DNA of 64,000 nucleotides from an uncultured delta proteobacterium. Its GTDB lineage: Bacteria > Myxococcota > Myxococcia > Myxococcales > Myxococcaceae. The number at the start of each line of letters is the position of its first letter. The stretch's first letter is position 1. The DNA is taken from NCBI GenBank assembly GCA_963771175.1, contig CAVYSY010000021.1, positions 160,001 through 224,000 of the forward strand, written 5' to 3'. Below, in pieces: positions 1-10,038 of this stretch. The notes beneath the pieces are model-generated. The model saw only the letters and a program-made list of their open reading frames with translations. It did no database searches and had not been told where the DNA came from. The position numbers were made by a program, and so were the translations under genes.

Positions 1-2270
1 CTGAAACAGGGGGTCAACATCCAGATGGTCACCTCACCCACCAGCATGGTGAGGCCGAAGGAGCGCAGGGCCGGGGTGGCCGAGAGGGCCAGCAGCCCGA
101 AGGAGAGGAAGGTGCTCACGCCGGCCAGCGCGACGGCGAGCCACGTCGAGTCGTCGCCGGGGTGCTCGAGGAGGAAGATGCCGTAGTCCACGCCCATGCC
201 CAGCAGGACCACCAGCCCGAGCACGGTGAAGAGCTGCAGCGGCTCGCCCATCCACCCCAGCACCCCGAGCGTGACGAGGCTCCCCAGTGCCGAGGGGGCC
301 CAGGCCCGCAGGGCCTGGCGCCGGAAGCGAAGCGCCAGCAGCACCAGCACCGCTGCGTAGCCGGCCACGAGCAGGCCCGTCATGACGCGGCGGTAGCGCC
401 CGAGCAGCCGCGAGACCTCCTCGGTCTTGTCCACCCAGCGCACGCCCCGCAGGCCGTCCGCGGCCCGGGCCAGGCGCGGCAGCACCGACGCGTCGTTCAG
501 GCCGTTGAGCATCAGCACGCTGAACTGCCGGTCGCCCACCGGGCCCAGCCACTGCTGGCGGACGGCCCGGCCCACCGGGCTCGAGAGCAGCTGCCCGGGG
601 GTGAGCGTCCCCGCGGCGAACGCGGCACGCTGAAGCTCCTCGCCCGTCGCGGTGGCCACCGCGGCCAGCACCGTCTGCTCCGCGCGGGCGCTGAGCGCCT
701 GGTCCGCGTGCTGCTGCGCGGCCGGGGGCAGCCAGTCGGAGACCGCGCGGTAGCCGGCCAGTGCGCCCTCGGCGACCAGCGCGTCCAGCCGCTGCTTGAG
801 CGCGGACTCGCGCACCAGGGTCTCCTCGGCATCCGCCCCCTCGACGAGGAAGAACTGGGCGGGGCTGGGCAGTGCCAGCAGCCGTCCCAGCTCCCGCTGG
901 TCCGCGATCAGGGCCTGGGGCGCGTTCTGCAGCTGGCGCAGGTCGTCGCGGCTCTGGAGCCTCCACAGCCCTCCGGCGGTCAGCACCAGCAGCCCGCCGA
1001 GCACCAGCCCGGAGCGGAGCCCCAGGCCGAAGCGGGGCCAGCGGCCCAGCGCGGTGGAGACCCGCTCGGCGAAGCGGGTGACGGGCAGCTCGCCGCGGTC
1101 GGCCAGGGGGAACCAGCAGACCACGGTGAGGAAGGCGCCGAGCAGGCCCGCCGAGGCGAACACCGCCATCTGGCGCAGCCCCGGGAAGGGGGCCAGCCCC
1201 AGCGCGAGATACGCCACCACGCTGGTGAGCAGGGCCAGCGCCATGCCCGGCAGCAGGCGGCGCATGAGCGAGCGGCGCTCCGAGGCAGGTCTGCCCGTCC
1301 GGGCGGCGAAGTAGTGGAACCCGTAGTCCTCGGCCACGCCCACCAGGGTTGCGCCGAACACGAGCGTGAGGAGGTGGACCTGCTCGAAGAGGAGCGCGGT
1401 GACGCTCAGCGCGATGGCGGAGCCGACGAGCAGCGACACGCCGATGAGCACGATGGGCCGCACCGAGCGGAAGGTCAGCCACACCAGCAGCAGCACCGCG
1501 AGCAGCGAGCCCAGGCCGATGGTGGACATCTCCCGGCTCGCCTGGGCCGCGGCGGCCTCGGCATACAGCGGCACGCCGGCAGCCACCAGGCGCCCTCCCG
1601 GAACGGCGGAGAGGACCGCGGCGCGTGCGCGCGCCACGGCGGCGCTGACCGCCCCCTGCTCGCCGAGCGCGAAGGAGGAGACGGTGCCGCGGTAGGACAG
1701 CAGCACCCACTCGCGGCCCTCGCCCGAGAGCCACAGCCGGCCCTCGCGGGGGCGGGCCGCACTCTCCGCGGCGCGCGCCGCCCACCAGTCGGGCCAGAGG
1801 CCGAGCGGGTCGGCGTTCCACTCCGTCAGCCGCGGTCCGGCCGGCTGGTAGAGCTTCATCAGCGCCGTGGCCGCCAGCTCCTTCTCGCTCGCGCGCGCCA
1901 GCCACTCCCGCTGGCCGGGCGTCAGCAGCCGGTCGCGGTAGGGCAGGTAGAACGCCACGGCGTCCTCCAGGGCGGAGGCATCCAGGGCGGAGGGCTCCAG
2001 CGGCGCGCCGGAGTCCGAGAGCGCGCGGGCCGCCACCTCCGCGGCGCGCTGGGCCGCAGGCCAATCGGGGCCGCCCACCAGCAGCACCAGCTCGCGTCCG
2101 GCCTCGTCGGCCAGCCTCCGGGTGGCGGCGCCCACCTCCGGGGCCTGCTCGTCCTCCGGCAGGAGCGCGAGCACGTCGGTGTCCAGGCGCGTCGAGCGCC
2201 AGAAGGAGACCTGGTGCACGCCCACGGCGAGCACGAGCACGGTCCAGAGGATGGCCAGTCTACTTCCCAA
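1..2270 (-). CDS. MMPL/RND-type exporter of the APE-like cluster (ApeM-like); 3' end runs off the window
   Basis: Manual translation from TTG at 2270 (LGSRLAILWTVLVLAVG...RLDTDVLALLP) is in frame with the window start (...STFLSFGLLALSATPALRSFGLTML). Two blocks of TM helices with GVAEDY/GMGVDYGIF motifs. This frame is absent from the ORF track because no stop lies in the window. Confidence 0.9.
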   Translation of the reverse strand, partial: MGSRLAILWTVLVLAVGVHQVSFWRSTRLDTDVLALLPEDEQAPEVGAATRRLADEAGRELVLLVGGPDWPAAQRAAEVAARALSDSGAPLEPSALDASALEDAVAFYLPYRDRLLTPGQREWLARASEKELAATALMKLYQPAGPRLTEWNADPLGLWPDWWAARAAESAARPREGRLWLSGEGREWVLLSYRGTVSSFALGEQGAVSAAVARARAAVLSAVPGGRLVAAGVPLYAEAAAAQASREMSTIGLGSLLAVLLLVWLTFRSVRPIVLIGVSLLVGSAIALSVTALLFEQVHLLTLVFGATLVGVAEDYGFHYFAARTGRPASERRSLMRRLLPGMALALLTSVVAYLALGLAPFPGLRQMAVFASAGLLGAFLTVVCWFPLADRGELPVTRFAERVSTALGRWPRFGLGLRSGLVLGGLLVLTAGGLWRLQSRDDLRQLQNAPQALIADQRELGRLLALPSPAQFFLVEGADAEETLVRESALKQRLDALVAEGALAGYRAVSDWLPPAAQQHADQALSARAEQTVLAAVATATGEELQRAAFAAGTLTPGQLLSSPVGRAVRQQWLGPVGDRQFSVLMLNGLNDASVLPRLARAADGLRGVRWVDKTEEVSRLLGRYRRVMTGLLVAGYAAVLVLLALRFRRQALRAWAPSALGSLVTLGVLGWMGEPLQLFTVLGLVVLLGMGVDYGIFLLEHPGDDSTWLAVALAGVSTFLSFGLLALSATPALRSFGLTMLVGEVTIWMLTPCF

Positions 2271-2866
2271 GGCGCTCGGTCTCCGCGGGGTCAGGCGGCG
2301 GCGTCTGCGCCAGTTGGTCGAAGCGGATGCGGGTGGAGTCGCCCCGGACCTCCTCGAGCTCGACCTGGCGGACGAACGTGTCTCCCTCGAGCCGCACGCG
2401 CCGGAACAGCCGGGACACGCTGGCGTCCGTCGGAATCAGGGTGAGCTTCCACCCTCCCTTGGCGACCAGCTCGCCCTCGAGGCGGAAGCGCGTGGCGAGC
2501 ACCGACAAGTCCCCGGAGACCAGCGCGAGCAGCAGCTCGTTCACCGCGGTGAGCGCCGGCTCCCGGCTCGACTCCAGCTGGTACGCAGCGCCCCCCTCCT
2601 GCTCCGCGCGCAGGGACTTGCGGGTGACCGTCAGGCTCGAGGCAAAGGGGCTGCGGGTGTTCCAGAGCACCCCCTGGCCGCGCACGACGAGGAAGTCACC
2701 GCGCGAGACGCAGCGGCTTCTTGAAGCCCGCCACCGTCTTCTGCTGCTCGAAGCTGCCCCGCAGGACCGGCGCATCCACCAGACGCGCGCGCACGCCCGC
2801 CGCCAGGTCGGCGGCCAGGGCAGGGGTGCAGAGGAGGACCCACAAGAGCGTCAGCAGGCGTCTCAT
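2260..2866 (-). CDS. LolA-like lipoprotein carrier (ApeL-like), frameshift near 2710
   Basis: Signal peptide MRRLLTLLWVLL..., then LRGSFEQQKTVAGFKKPL joined to SRGDFLVVRGQGVLWNTRSPF in another frame. Confidence 0.8.
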
Positions 2867-3282
2867 TCCGGGCGCACCCCCAGGCGCTCCCACAGGATGG
2901 AGGGGCAGACGTACTGCAGCTCCCGGGTGGCAATGGAGACCGCCACCTGGAGGGTGTGGGCCACGGTCACCTTGCGGCCGGAGAGCGCGTCGCGCACCTG
3001 GTAGTCCACCCGCAGGCGGTTCTCCCACTCGGTGATTTCCGCGCGGATGCGCACCTTCTGCCCGAACACCATGGGGGCCACGTACTTCACCCGCATGTCG
3101 ACGATGGGCCAGAGGAATCCGGACTCGCGCATCTGCGGGTAGTCGTAGTCGAACTTCGACAGCAGCGCGCAGCGGGCCAGCTCCAGGTACTTCACGTAGT
3201 TGCCGTGCCAGACCACCTCCATCGGGTCGAGGTCGTGGAAGGCGGGCGACAGCTCGATTTCGTGGCTCAGGTCAGGCTTCAT
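2863..3282 (-). CDS. Hotdog-fold acyl-CoA thioesterase (ApeK-like)
   Basis: FHDLDPMEVVWHGNYVKYLELAR 4HBT-type motif; position in the cluster. Confidence 0.9.
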   Translation of the reverse strand: MKPDLSHEIELSPAFHDLDPMEVVWHGNYVKYLELARCALLSKFDYDYPQMRESGFLWPIVDMRVKYVAPMVFGQKVRIRAEITEWENRLRVDYQVRDALSGRKVTVAHTLQVAVSIATRELQYVCPSILWERLGVRPE

Positions 3283-4833
3283 ACAGCTCCCACTCCCTCA
3301 GCCGGATGGCCCCCAGCAGCGCCTGGAGGTCGCGGTCGAGCGCGCGGTCCTCCACCACCAGCGGGATGCGCCCGTTCAGGTCCGACTCCATGGACGAGAG
3401 GGCGGGCCCGAGCTTCATTTCGCTGTCGAGGCGCCGGCGCAGGGCCAGACCCTGCCGGCAGGCGATGAGCATGGCCGCCACCACCTGCTCGGTGAGCTCC
3501 AGCACCCGCAGGCAGTCGCGCGCGGCGATGGTGCCCATGCTCACCTTGTCCTGGTTGTGGCACTCGGTGGAGCGGGAGAAGACGGAGGCCGGCATCGTCT
3601 GCTTGAGCGCCTCGGCCGTCCACGCGGACACACTGATTTGCAGCGCCTTGAGGCCGTGATTGATGGCCGCGCGGGGCCCCACCGCGCCGGAGAGGTTGGC
3701 GGGCAGGCCGTGGTTGAAGCGGCCATCCACGAGCAGCGCGAGCTGCCGGTCGAGCAGGTCGGCCACGTTGGCCACCGCGTTCTTCAGCCCGTCCATGGCG
3801 AAGGCGATGTGCCCGCCGTAGAAGTGGCCCCCGTGCAGCACGCGCTGCCCCTCGGGGTCGACGATGGGGTTGTCGTTCGCGCTGTTGAGCTCGTTCTCGA
3901 TGAGCGTGCGGAAGAAGGGGAGGGCGTCCTCCAGGACGCCGATCACATGGGGCGCGCAGCGCAGCGAGTAGCGGTCCTGCAGGCGCTGCTCGTTGCGGCT
4001 GGGCCGCTCGGAGGCCAGGTCCTCCCGCAGCCGCGCCGCCACGCGCTGCTGGCCCGGGTGGGGCTTCACCGCGAAGAGGGCCTCGTCGAAGTGGTGCGCG
4101 TTGCCGGCGCTGGCCAGGACGTTGAGGGCGGTGATGCGGGTGGCGAGCCGGCACACGTAGTCGGCGCGCTGCCACGCCAGACAGGCCAGGGCGGTCATGA
4201 CCGCCGTGCCGTTCATGATGGCCAGCCCCTCTTTGGGACGGAGCCGCAGGGGCGCGAGGCCCAGCTCGCGGAACACCTCCGCCGTGGGGCGCCGCGCGCC
4301 CCGGTACCACACCTCGCGCTCGCCGCAGAGCACGGCCGCCACGTAGGAGAGGGGGGTGAGGTCTCCGCTGGCCCCCACCGAGCCCTCGGCGGGGATGAGG
4401 GGCAGGATGTCGTGCGCGAGCAGCAGCTCCAGCTGGCGCAGCAGCCCCAGGCTCACGCCGGACACCCCCTGCGCGAGCGAGGCCAGCCGGGTCGCCAGCA
4501 CCGCCCGCGTCTCCTCCGGCGTCAGCAGCCGGCCGGCCCCGAGCCGTGGTAGGTGTAGAGGTGGTGCGGCAGCTCCGCGACCAGCTCCGGCGGGATGGCC
4601 ACCGTGCAGGAGTCCCCGTACCCGGTGGTGACGCCGTAGATGACGCCGTCCTCCGCCAGCAGGCGGTCGAGGAACTCCGCGCCACGGGAGATGCGGCGGC
4701 GGAACTCCGTGGAGGTGCCCAGCTCGGCGGTGCACTCGCGCCGCGAGATGCGGACCACGTCCTCGAGGGACAGCCGGGTCCCATCGAAGCACACCGTGCG
4801 CTCAGGGCTGGATGCGGGCAGGGGCAGAGACAT
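3272..4833 (-). CDS. HAL/PAL/TAL-family aromatic amino acid ammonia-lyase, frameshift near 4545
   Basis: IYGVTTGYG, GSVGASGDL (MIO-forming ASG), KEGLAIMNGT, LQDRYSLRC, NSANDNP, HNQDKVSMG. Confidence 0.92.
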
Positions 4834-5753
4834 GCGCTTGGTCCCAGAAGGGGAAGAAGTTGAACCAGTCGTAGGGCGAGCGCTCGAGCAGCGCCGTCAC
4901 CCGGCGGGCGTAGTGGCTGGCGTAGCCGCTCAGCGCCGCCTCGCGCCTTCCGCGCGGCAGCTCCACGCGCTCCGTCAGGCACTCGAAGTGGATGGTGTAG
5001 CCCCGCCCCTCGTGGATGCACACCAGCAGGTAGAGGGGGCACTTCAGGAGGGAGGCCAGCACGTAGGGGCCCACCGGAAAGGGCGCGGGATGGCCGAGGA
5101 ACTCCGCCCGCACCATCTGGGTGGAGCCCACCGGAATGCGGTCCCCGGCAATCACCACGAACTCGCCGGCGGAGACGCGCTCGTGCAGCGCGACGGCCGT
5201 GGCCGGGCCGAGCTCGGTGACCTCCATGAGCTGGAACCCGCTGTCGGGGCTCAGCCGCTGCAGCATCGCGGTTGAAACGCTCGGCGTGCCGGGTGTGCAC
5301 GAGGATGGTGAGCTTCACCTCGCCGCGGCGCTCGGCCATCACCCGGCACAGCTCGAGGCAGCCCATGTGGGCGGTCACGATGATGCCGCCCCGCCCCTCC
5401 TTGGCCACCTCGTAGAACTGCTCCCGTCCCTCGGTGCGGACGTGCTCGAAGCGATAGCGGCCGCTGACCGCCAGCAGCTTGTCCAGCATCGTCTCGGCGA
5501 ACGCCGTGACGTGGCGCAGGCTGTCCCTCCAGCCCGGCTCGTGGCCGAGCGCGCCGGTCGCGCTCTGGACGCGGTCCAGGTACTGGAGCGAGGCGGCGCG
5601 GATGGTGGGCGCGGCGAGCCAGTGCAGCGCGACCACCGGAGCCAGGCACAGGCGGAACGGCCAGCGCCCCAGCAGCCGGTGGACCTGGTACAGCAGCCAG
5701 ATTCCGGCCACGAAGGTGCTCTCCCCCATGTCCGCCCAGTGGCGCGTCTTCAT
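4802..5753 (-). CDS. LpxL-like acyltransferase (equivalent to the ApeJ C-terminal half), frameshift near 5270
   Basis: MKTRHWADMGE..., GGIIVTAHMGCLE, VIAGDRIP, C-terminal PYDWFNFFPFW. Confidence 0.82.
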
Positions 5754-6490
5754 GAGGCCACCTTGCGCCACAGCAGCAGCGGCAGCCGCAGCAGCATTCC
5801 GAAGAAGAGCCGCGCGTGCATGCGCGGAGATGCGCACGTTGTCCCGAGCACGTCGAAGTGGGAGATGCCGTCGGTGGGGTAGTGCACCCGGGTGCGCCTG
5901 GTTGAGGATGCGCATCCCCCGCCAGAACAGCCGCACGAGGACCTCCACGTCGAAGTCCATCCGCTTGCCGAGCTTCACCGAGTCGATGAGCGCCACCGTG
6001 GGCGCGAGCGGATAGACGCGGAAGCCGCACATCGAGTCGCGGATGGCGAGGGAGAGGGTGTTGATCCACACCCAGACGTGGGTGAGGTAGCGGCCGTACA
6101 GCCGGCCCTTGGGCACCGACGCGTCGTAGATGGGCGTCCCGCAGACGAGCGCGTCCGGGTTCTGCTCCGCCAGCGCGAGGAAGCGCGGGATGTCGCCGGT
6201 GTCGTGCTGCCCGTCCGCGTCGATCTGCAGCGCATGGGTGAAGCCCCGCTCCTTCGCCGCGCGCAGGCCGGCCATCATCGCGCCGCCCTTGCCCTGGTTC
6301 TGGGGAAGGCGGACGAGGTGGATGCCCTCGGGGTCGCGCTGCCGCCAGCCCGTCCAGCACCGCCGCGCACCGCGGCCCGCTCCCGTCGTCCACGAGCACG
6401 CAGGGCAGGCCATGGCCGCGCACCGCGCGTGGCCACCGCGCCCACCGCCTCGCCATGGTCGTAGACCGGAATGACTGCACAGGTCCTCAT
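5750..6490 (-). CDS. Family 2 glycosyltransferase (equivalent to the ApeJ N-terminal half), several frameshifts
   Basis: MRTCAVIPVYDH, VLVDDGS, NQGKGGAM, LQIDADGQHD, DSMCGFRVYPL, RMDFDVEVLVRL spread across frames. Confidence 0.85.
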
Positions 6491-8181
6491 GCCCTGCCTC
6501 CGCCGAAGAGGATGCGGCCGTTGGCGTGACTGCCGGAAGCCGACGTGAGTTTGAAGCCGAGGCTTCCCCGCTCGGCATTCCAGGTGAGCTCCAGGGACAG
6601 GAGCGTGCCGGGCACGATGACCTGCTGGAACTTCACCGCCTCCATCCCGAGGAAGTCCGGGGGGAGCGCGAAGAGCTCGCGGCCGAACTGGATGGCCCAC
6701 TCCAGCTGCGTGACGCCGGGCAGGATGGGCTTGCCGGGAAAGTGGCCCTCGAAGAAGGGCGAGCGGGAGGAGGCCTCGAGCTCGAGCACGGCCCGGCTGC
6801 TGGTGCGCTCGCGCACGCGCATCTGCGGCCGGCGCGGGTCGAAGAGGGCGGCCAGCGCCGCTTCGGTCGTCTTCCCCTGGGGATTGACGGGCATCGCCTC
6901 CACGTAGCGGAAGCGGCGCGGCAGGACACTGGGCTCGAACCGGCTCGACAGCGCCTGCCTGAGTGCTTCGTTCAGGGCCCGCTGTCCGTCCTCCGCGTGG
7001 CGCTTCCAGCCGGCCTCCTCCGGGACGGCAACGACCGCCAGGGTGAGCCGCGGCCCCGGAAGCGGGAGGACCCTCGCCTCGCGCAGCAGGCCCGTCTCCA
7101 GGAGGGCCCGCTCGACGGCGCCGAGCGAGACGCGCTTCTCCTCCACCTTCACGATGCGGTCGCGGCGCCCGAGCAGCTCGAAGCCCTCTCCCACCAGCCG
7201 CACGCGGTCCTCGCCGCGGAACCACTCGCCCTCGGGCAGGTGGGGCGAGCGCACCCGCAGCACCTCCTCGTCCGCGGCCACCTCCACGCCCGGCAACACC
7301 CGCCAGGGGGCCGCGCCGTCCGTGCCGCGCTGGCGCCAGGCGACGCCCCCCGTCTCGGAGCTGCCGTAGACTTCGACGGGGGCCTGGCCGAGCAGCGCGC
7401 GGCAGCCGGGCAGCGCCTCCTCCGGCAGGGGCCCGCCCGAGGAGAACACCGCCCTCAGGTTGCCGCGCACCCCCGCCCAGTCGAGCTGCCGCGGCAGCCG
7501 CTTGAGGTGGGCCGGGCTGGCTACCAGTGCGGCCGGGCCGTGCCGGAGCGCCGAGACGATGTCCTCGGGATAGGGGAGGCTGTGTGCCTCGAAGGGGCGC
7601 CCGGCCGCCAGGGGCCAGAGGACCCGGAAGAGCAGCCCGTAGATGTGCTGGTGCGACACCGTCGCGAGCACCCGGGCCTCGCCCAGCTGCGCCCCCCACA
7701 GCTGCTGCAGGGTGGCGACCTCGCTGAAGAGCTGGGCCAGCCGCTTGGGGATGGCGGTGGGCTCACCGCTGGAGCCGGAGGTGTAGACCACCAGCGCCTG
7801 TGCGTCCGGAGAGAGCAGCTGCCAGCCTCCCTCGTCGCCCTGCGCGAGCGGCGCCAGCGGCGAGAGCTCCGGGGGCAGACTCCCCGCGAAGCCGTCCACC
7901 TGCTCGCGGGCCCGTGCCAGGGTCGCCGGCTGGGCGTCGGACAGCAGCCAGGCGCACCTGTCCGCGTGCCAGGCGCCGAGCAGCGCGGCGGCGAACTCGA
8001 AGGTGTCCTCGAAGTAGAGCCCCCAGCGGCGGCCCGGCCGCGACGCGAAGGCCGCGCGCCAGCCCGCCGCCCGCGCGGCCAGCGCGGCGAAGTCCAGCAC
8101 CCGGCCCTCGCGGAAGGCGACCGGATGGGTGGGCGCGCGGCCCCGGCTCAGGAGCCCTTCGAGTCCGCGGAACTCAGCCAT
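6487..8181 (-). CDS. Acyl-ACP/CoA ligase fused to a C-terminal FabA/FabZ-like dehydratase (ApeH+ApeI fusion)
   Basis: YTSGSSGEP, VYGSSETGG, GRRDRIVKVEEKR, then FEGHFPGKPILPGVTQL in one intact ORF. Confidence 0.88.
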   Translation of the reverse strand: MAEFRGLEGLLSRGRAPTHPVAFREGRVLDFAALAARAAGWRAAFASRPGRRWGLYFEDTFEFAAALLGAWHADRCAWLLSDAQPATLARAREQVDGFAGSLPPELSPLAPLAQGDEGGWQLLSPDAQALVVYTSGSSGEPTAIPKRLAQLFSEVATLQQLWGAQLGEARVLATVSHQHIYGLLFRVLWPLAAGRPFEAHSLPYPEDIVSALRHGPAALVASPAHLKRLPRQLDWAGVRGNLRAVFSSGGPLPEEALPGCRALLGQAPVEVYGSSETGGVAWRQRGTDGAAPWRVLPGVEVAADEEVLRVRSPHLPEGEWFRGEDRVRLVGEGFELLGRRDRIVKVEEKRVSLGAVERALLETGLLREARVLPLPGPRLTLAVVAVPEEAGWKRHAEDGQRALNEALRQALSSRFEPSVLPRRFRYVEAMPVNPQGKTTEAALAALFDPRRPQMRVRERTSSRAVLELEASSRSPFFEGHFPGKPILPGVTQLEWAIQFGRELFALPPDFLGMEAVKFQQVIVPGTLLSLELTWNAERGSLGFKLTSASGSHANGRILFGGGRA

Positions 8182-8727
8182 GGGTCTGCCTCGCTCTCAC
8201 CGCCGCCGCACCAGCCACTCGCCGGCGAACAGCAGCCCCATCAGCACGTAGGCGACCAGCCCGTTGTACAGCGCCCAGCCCGCGTCGCTGGCCCACAGGG
8301 CCGTGCAGAGCGCGAGGCCGCCGTTGAGCACGAAGAAGCCGCACCACACCTGCGTCACCCGCCGCGTGTAGCGCCACTCCGGAGGGCGGCAGGTCCGGCT
8401 CGCGCAGCCGCGCCAGACGCTCGATCGCACTGGGCGGGTAGGCGAGGCTGGTCGCGAACACCACGAGGAGCACCCCGTTCACCAGGACCGGATAGAGCTT
8501 CAGCGGCAGGGCGTGATTGCCCAGGATGCTGGAGGCCGCGAGCAGCACCGGCCCCCAGCGCGGCCACCAGCCAGACGCGCTCCCGCGTGGCCAGCGCCCG
8601 CACCACGGCCATGCCCACCAGGGGCAGGGCCATCCAGCGGGGCTCGAAGCGTCCCAGCCCGAGGTAGACGAGCAGGGGGTAGGCGACCGTCAGCAGGCCT
8701 ATCAGGACTGGCGCGAAGCACCTTCAC
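8174..8727 (-). CDS. COG4648-like membrane protein (ApeG-like), frameshifted
   Basis: Hydrophobic segments AYPLLVYLGL, LKLYPVLVN, YTRRVTQVWCGFF, WALYNGLVAYVLMGLLFAGEW across three frames. Confidence 0.78.
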
Positions 8728-8985
8728 GCCGCGGCTGACGTCGTTGAGGCAGCGCCGTGCAGCGCGTCCACCACGTCCTGCAGCGTGCGCACCGACTTGA
8801 AGACCTCCGGCTCCAGGCGCTTGCCGACCACCGGCTTGAGCTTCACGAGCAGGTCGACCGCGTCGATGCTGTCGATGTCCAGGTCCTCGCGCAGCTGGGC
8901 CTCCGGCGTGATGCGCTCGGGCTCGATTTCGAAGGTCTCCTGCAGGATGGCGCTTCAGCTGCTCGAACAGTTCCTGCTTGCTCAT
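8724..8985 (-). CDS. Acyl carrier protein 2 (ApeF-like), frameshift near 8950
   Basis: MSKQELFEQLK/ILQETFEIEPERITPEAQLREDLDIDSIDAVDLL; phosphopantetheine site DSID. Confidence 0.85.
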
Positions 8986-9010
8986 GGCTCTTCCGTGAGT
9001 GGGTGTGGAG

Positions 9011-9272
9011 TCAGACGTTGCGGTGGGCGCTGACGAACTCCGCGAGCGCACGCACGCTGGCGAAGTGGCGCCGGTTCTCGGCCGAGTCGGCGGAGAGCTT
9101 CACGCCGTACCGCTTCTGCAGCGCCAGGCCGAGCTCCAGCGCGTCGATGGAGTCCAGCCCGAGCCCCTCGACGAAGAGCGGCGCGGCGGCGTCGATGTCC
9201 GCCGGAGTGATGTCCTCGAGGTTGAGCGCCTCGATGATGCAGCTCCTTGATTTCCTGTTCAAGCGTCTGCAT
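9011..9272 (-). CDS. Acyl carrier protein 1 (ApeE-like), frameshift near 9240
   Basis: MQTLEQEIKE/IIEALNLEDI...GLGLDSIDALELG. Confidence 0.88.
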
Positions 9273-10038
9273 GGCGTGTTTGCTCCTGCGAGAAGTCCGC
9301 TTGCAGCCGGGCCGTGAGCTGCCGGGCCGCGAGCGACTCGCTGCCCGGCTCGGCGAGCAGCGGCGCCACGGGCAGGTCGTCACCGACCCGGATGGTGAAG
9401 GCCATGGGGCGGGGGGGCACCTGCCACCAGGCCGCCTCCTTGTTGAGGCCGAGCGGCTCGCAGCGGATGGTGACCGGGGTGATGTCGCACGGGCCCCGCA
9501 CCGCGATGTTGGCGGCCCCGCGCTGCAACTGCATGGGGCGGTTGAGGCGGGTGCGGGTCCCCTCCGGGAAGATGATGAGGTTGTTGCCGGCCTTCACCGA
9601 GGCGATGCAGTCGCGTACCAGGCCGGGACCCGAGTCGTTGCAGAGATATCCGGTGGCGCGGATGGGGCCGCGGGTGAACGGGTTCCTGGCCAGGCTCGCC
9701 TTCACCACGCAGTCCGCGTTCGGCACCAGCGCCACCAGGAACACGACGTCAATCAGCGTGGGGTGGTTGGCCACGATGAGCAGTCCCTGCCGGGCCAGCT
9801 TCTCCACGCCCTCGATGCGATAGCGCAGCACCCCGAGGCAGCGCATCCACTCGATGAAGAACCTGAAGCTGTGGTGCACCGCCAGCCGCGCCAGCCGCGT
9901 GAGCCGCGACCGGTCCCGCACGAAGAGCTGCAGCAGCGGGAAGTAGACGAGCCACAGCAGCAGCCCCCCCAGGCCGAACGTCGCGAAGGAGATGGCCGTG
10001 GCGACGACACGCCAGCCGCGCTCGAGCCTCTCAAGCAT
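9259..10038 (-). CDS. Lysophospholipid (PlsC-type) acyltransferase (ApeD-like)
   Basis: ANHPTLID and IFPEGTRT motifs; ATG at 10038 overlaps the upstream stop. Confidence 0.88.
   Translation of the reverse strand: MLERLERGWRVVATAISFATFGLGGLLLWLVYFPLLQLFVRDRSRLTRLARLAVHHSFRFFIEWMRCLGVLRYRIEGVEKLARQGLLIVANHPTLIDVVFLVALVPNADCVVKASLARNPFTRGPIRATGYLCNDSGPGLVRDCIASVKAGNNLIIFPEGTRTRLNRPMQLQRGAANIAVRGPCDITPVTIRCEPLGLNKEAAWWQVPPRPMAFTIRVGDDLPVAPLLAEPGSESLAARQLTARLQADFSQEQTRHADA

Noticed and set aside
34..2444. ORFs 34..2064 (-) and 162..2444 (+)
   Set aside because: Off-frame and antisense shadows of the MMPL gene, typical of high-GC DNA.
3279..6578. 1099-aa apparent GT2-acyltransferase mega-ORF
   Set aside because: Chimera produced by frameshifts; only parts are protein-like and the rest is Arg/Pro/Ala-rich off-frame sequence.
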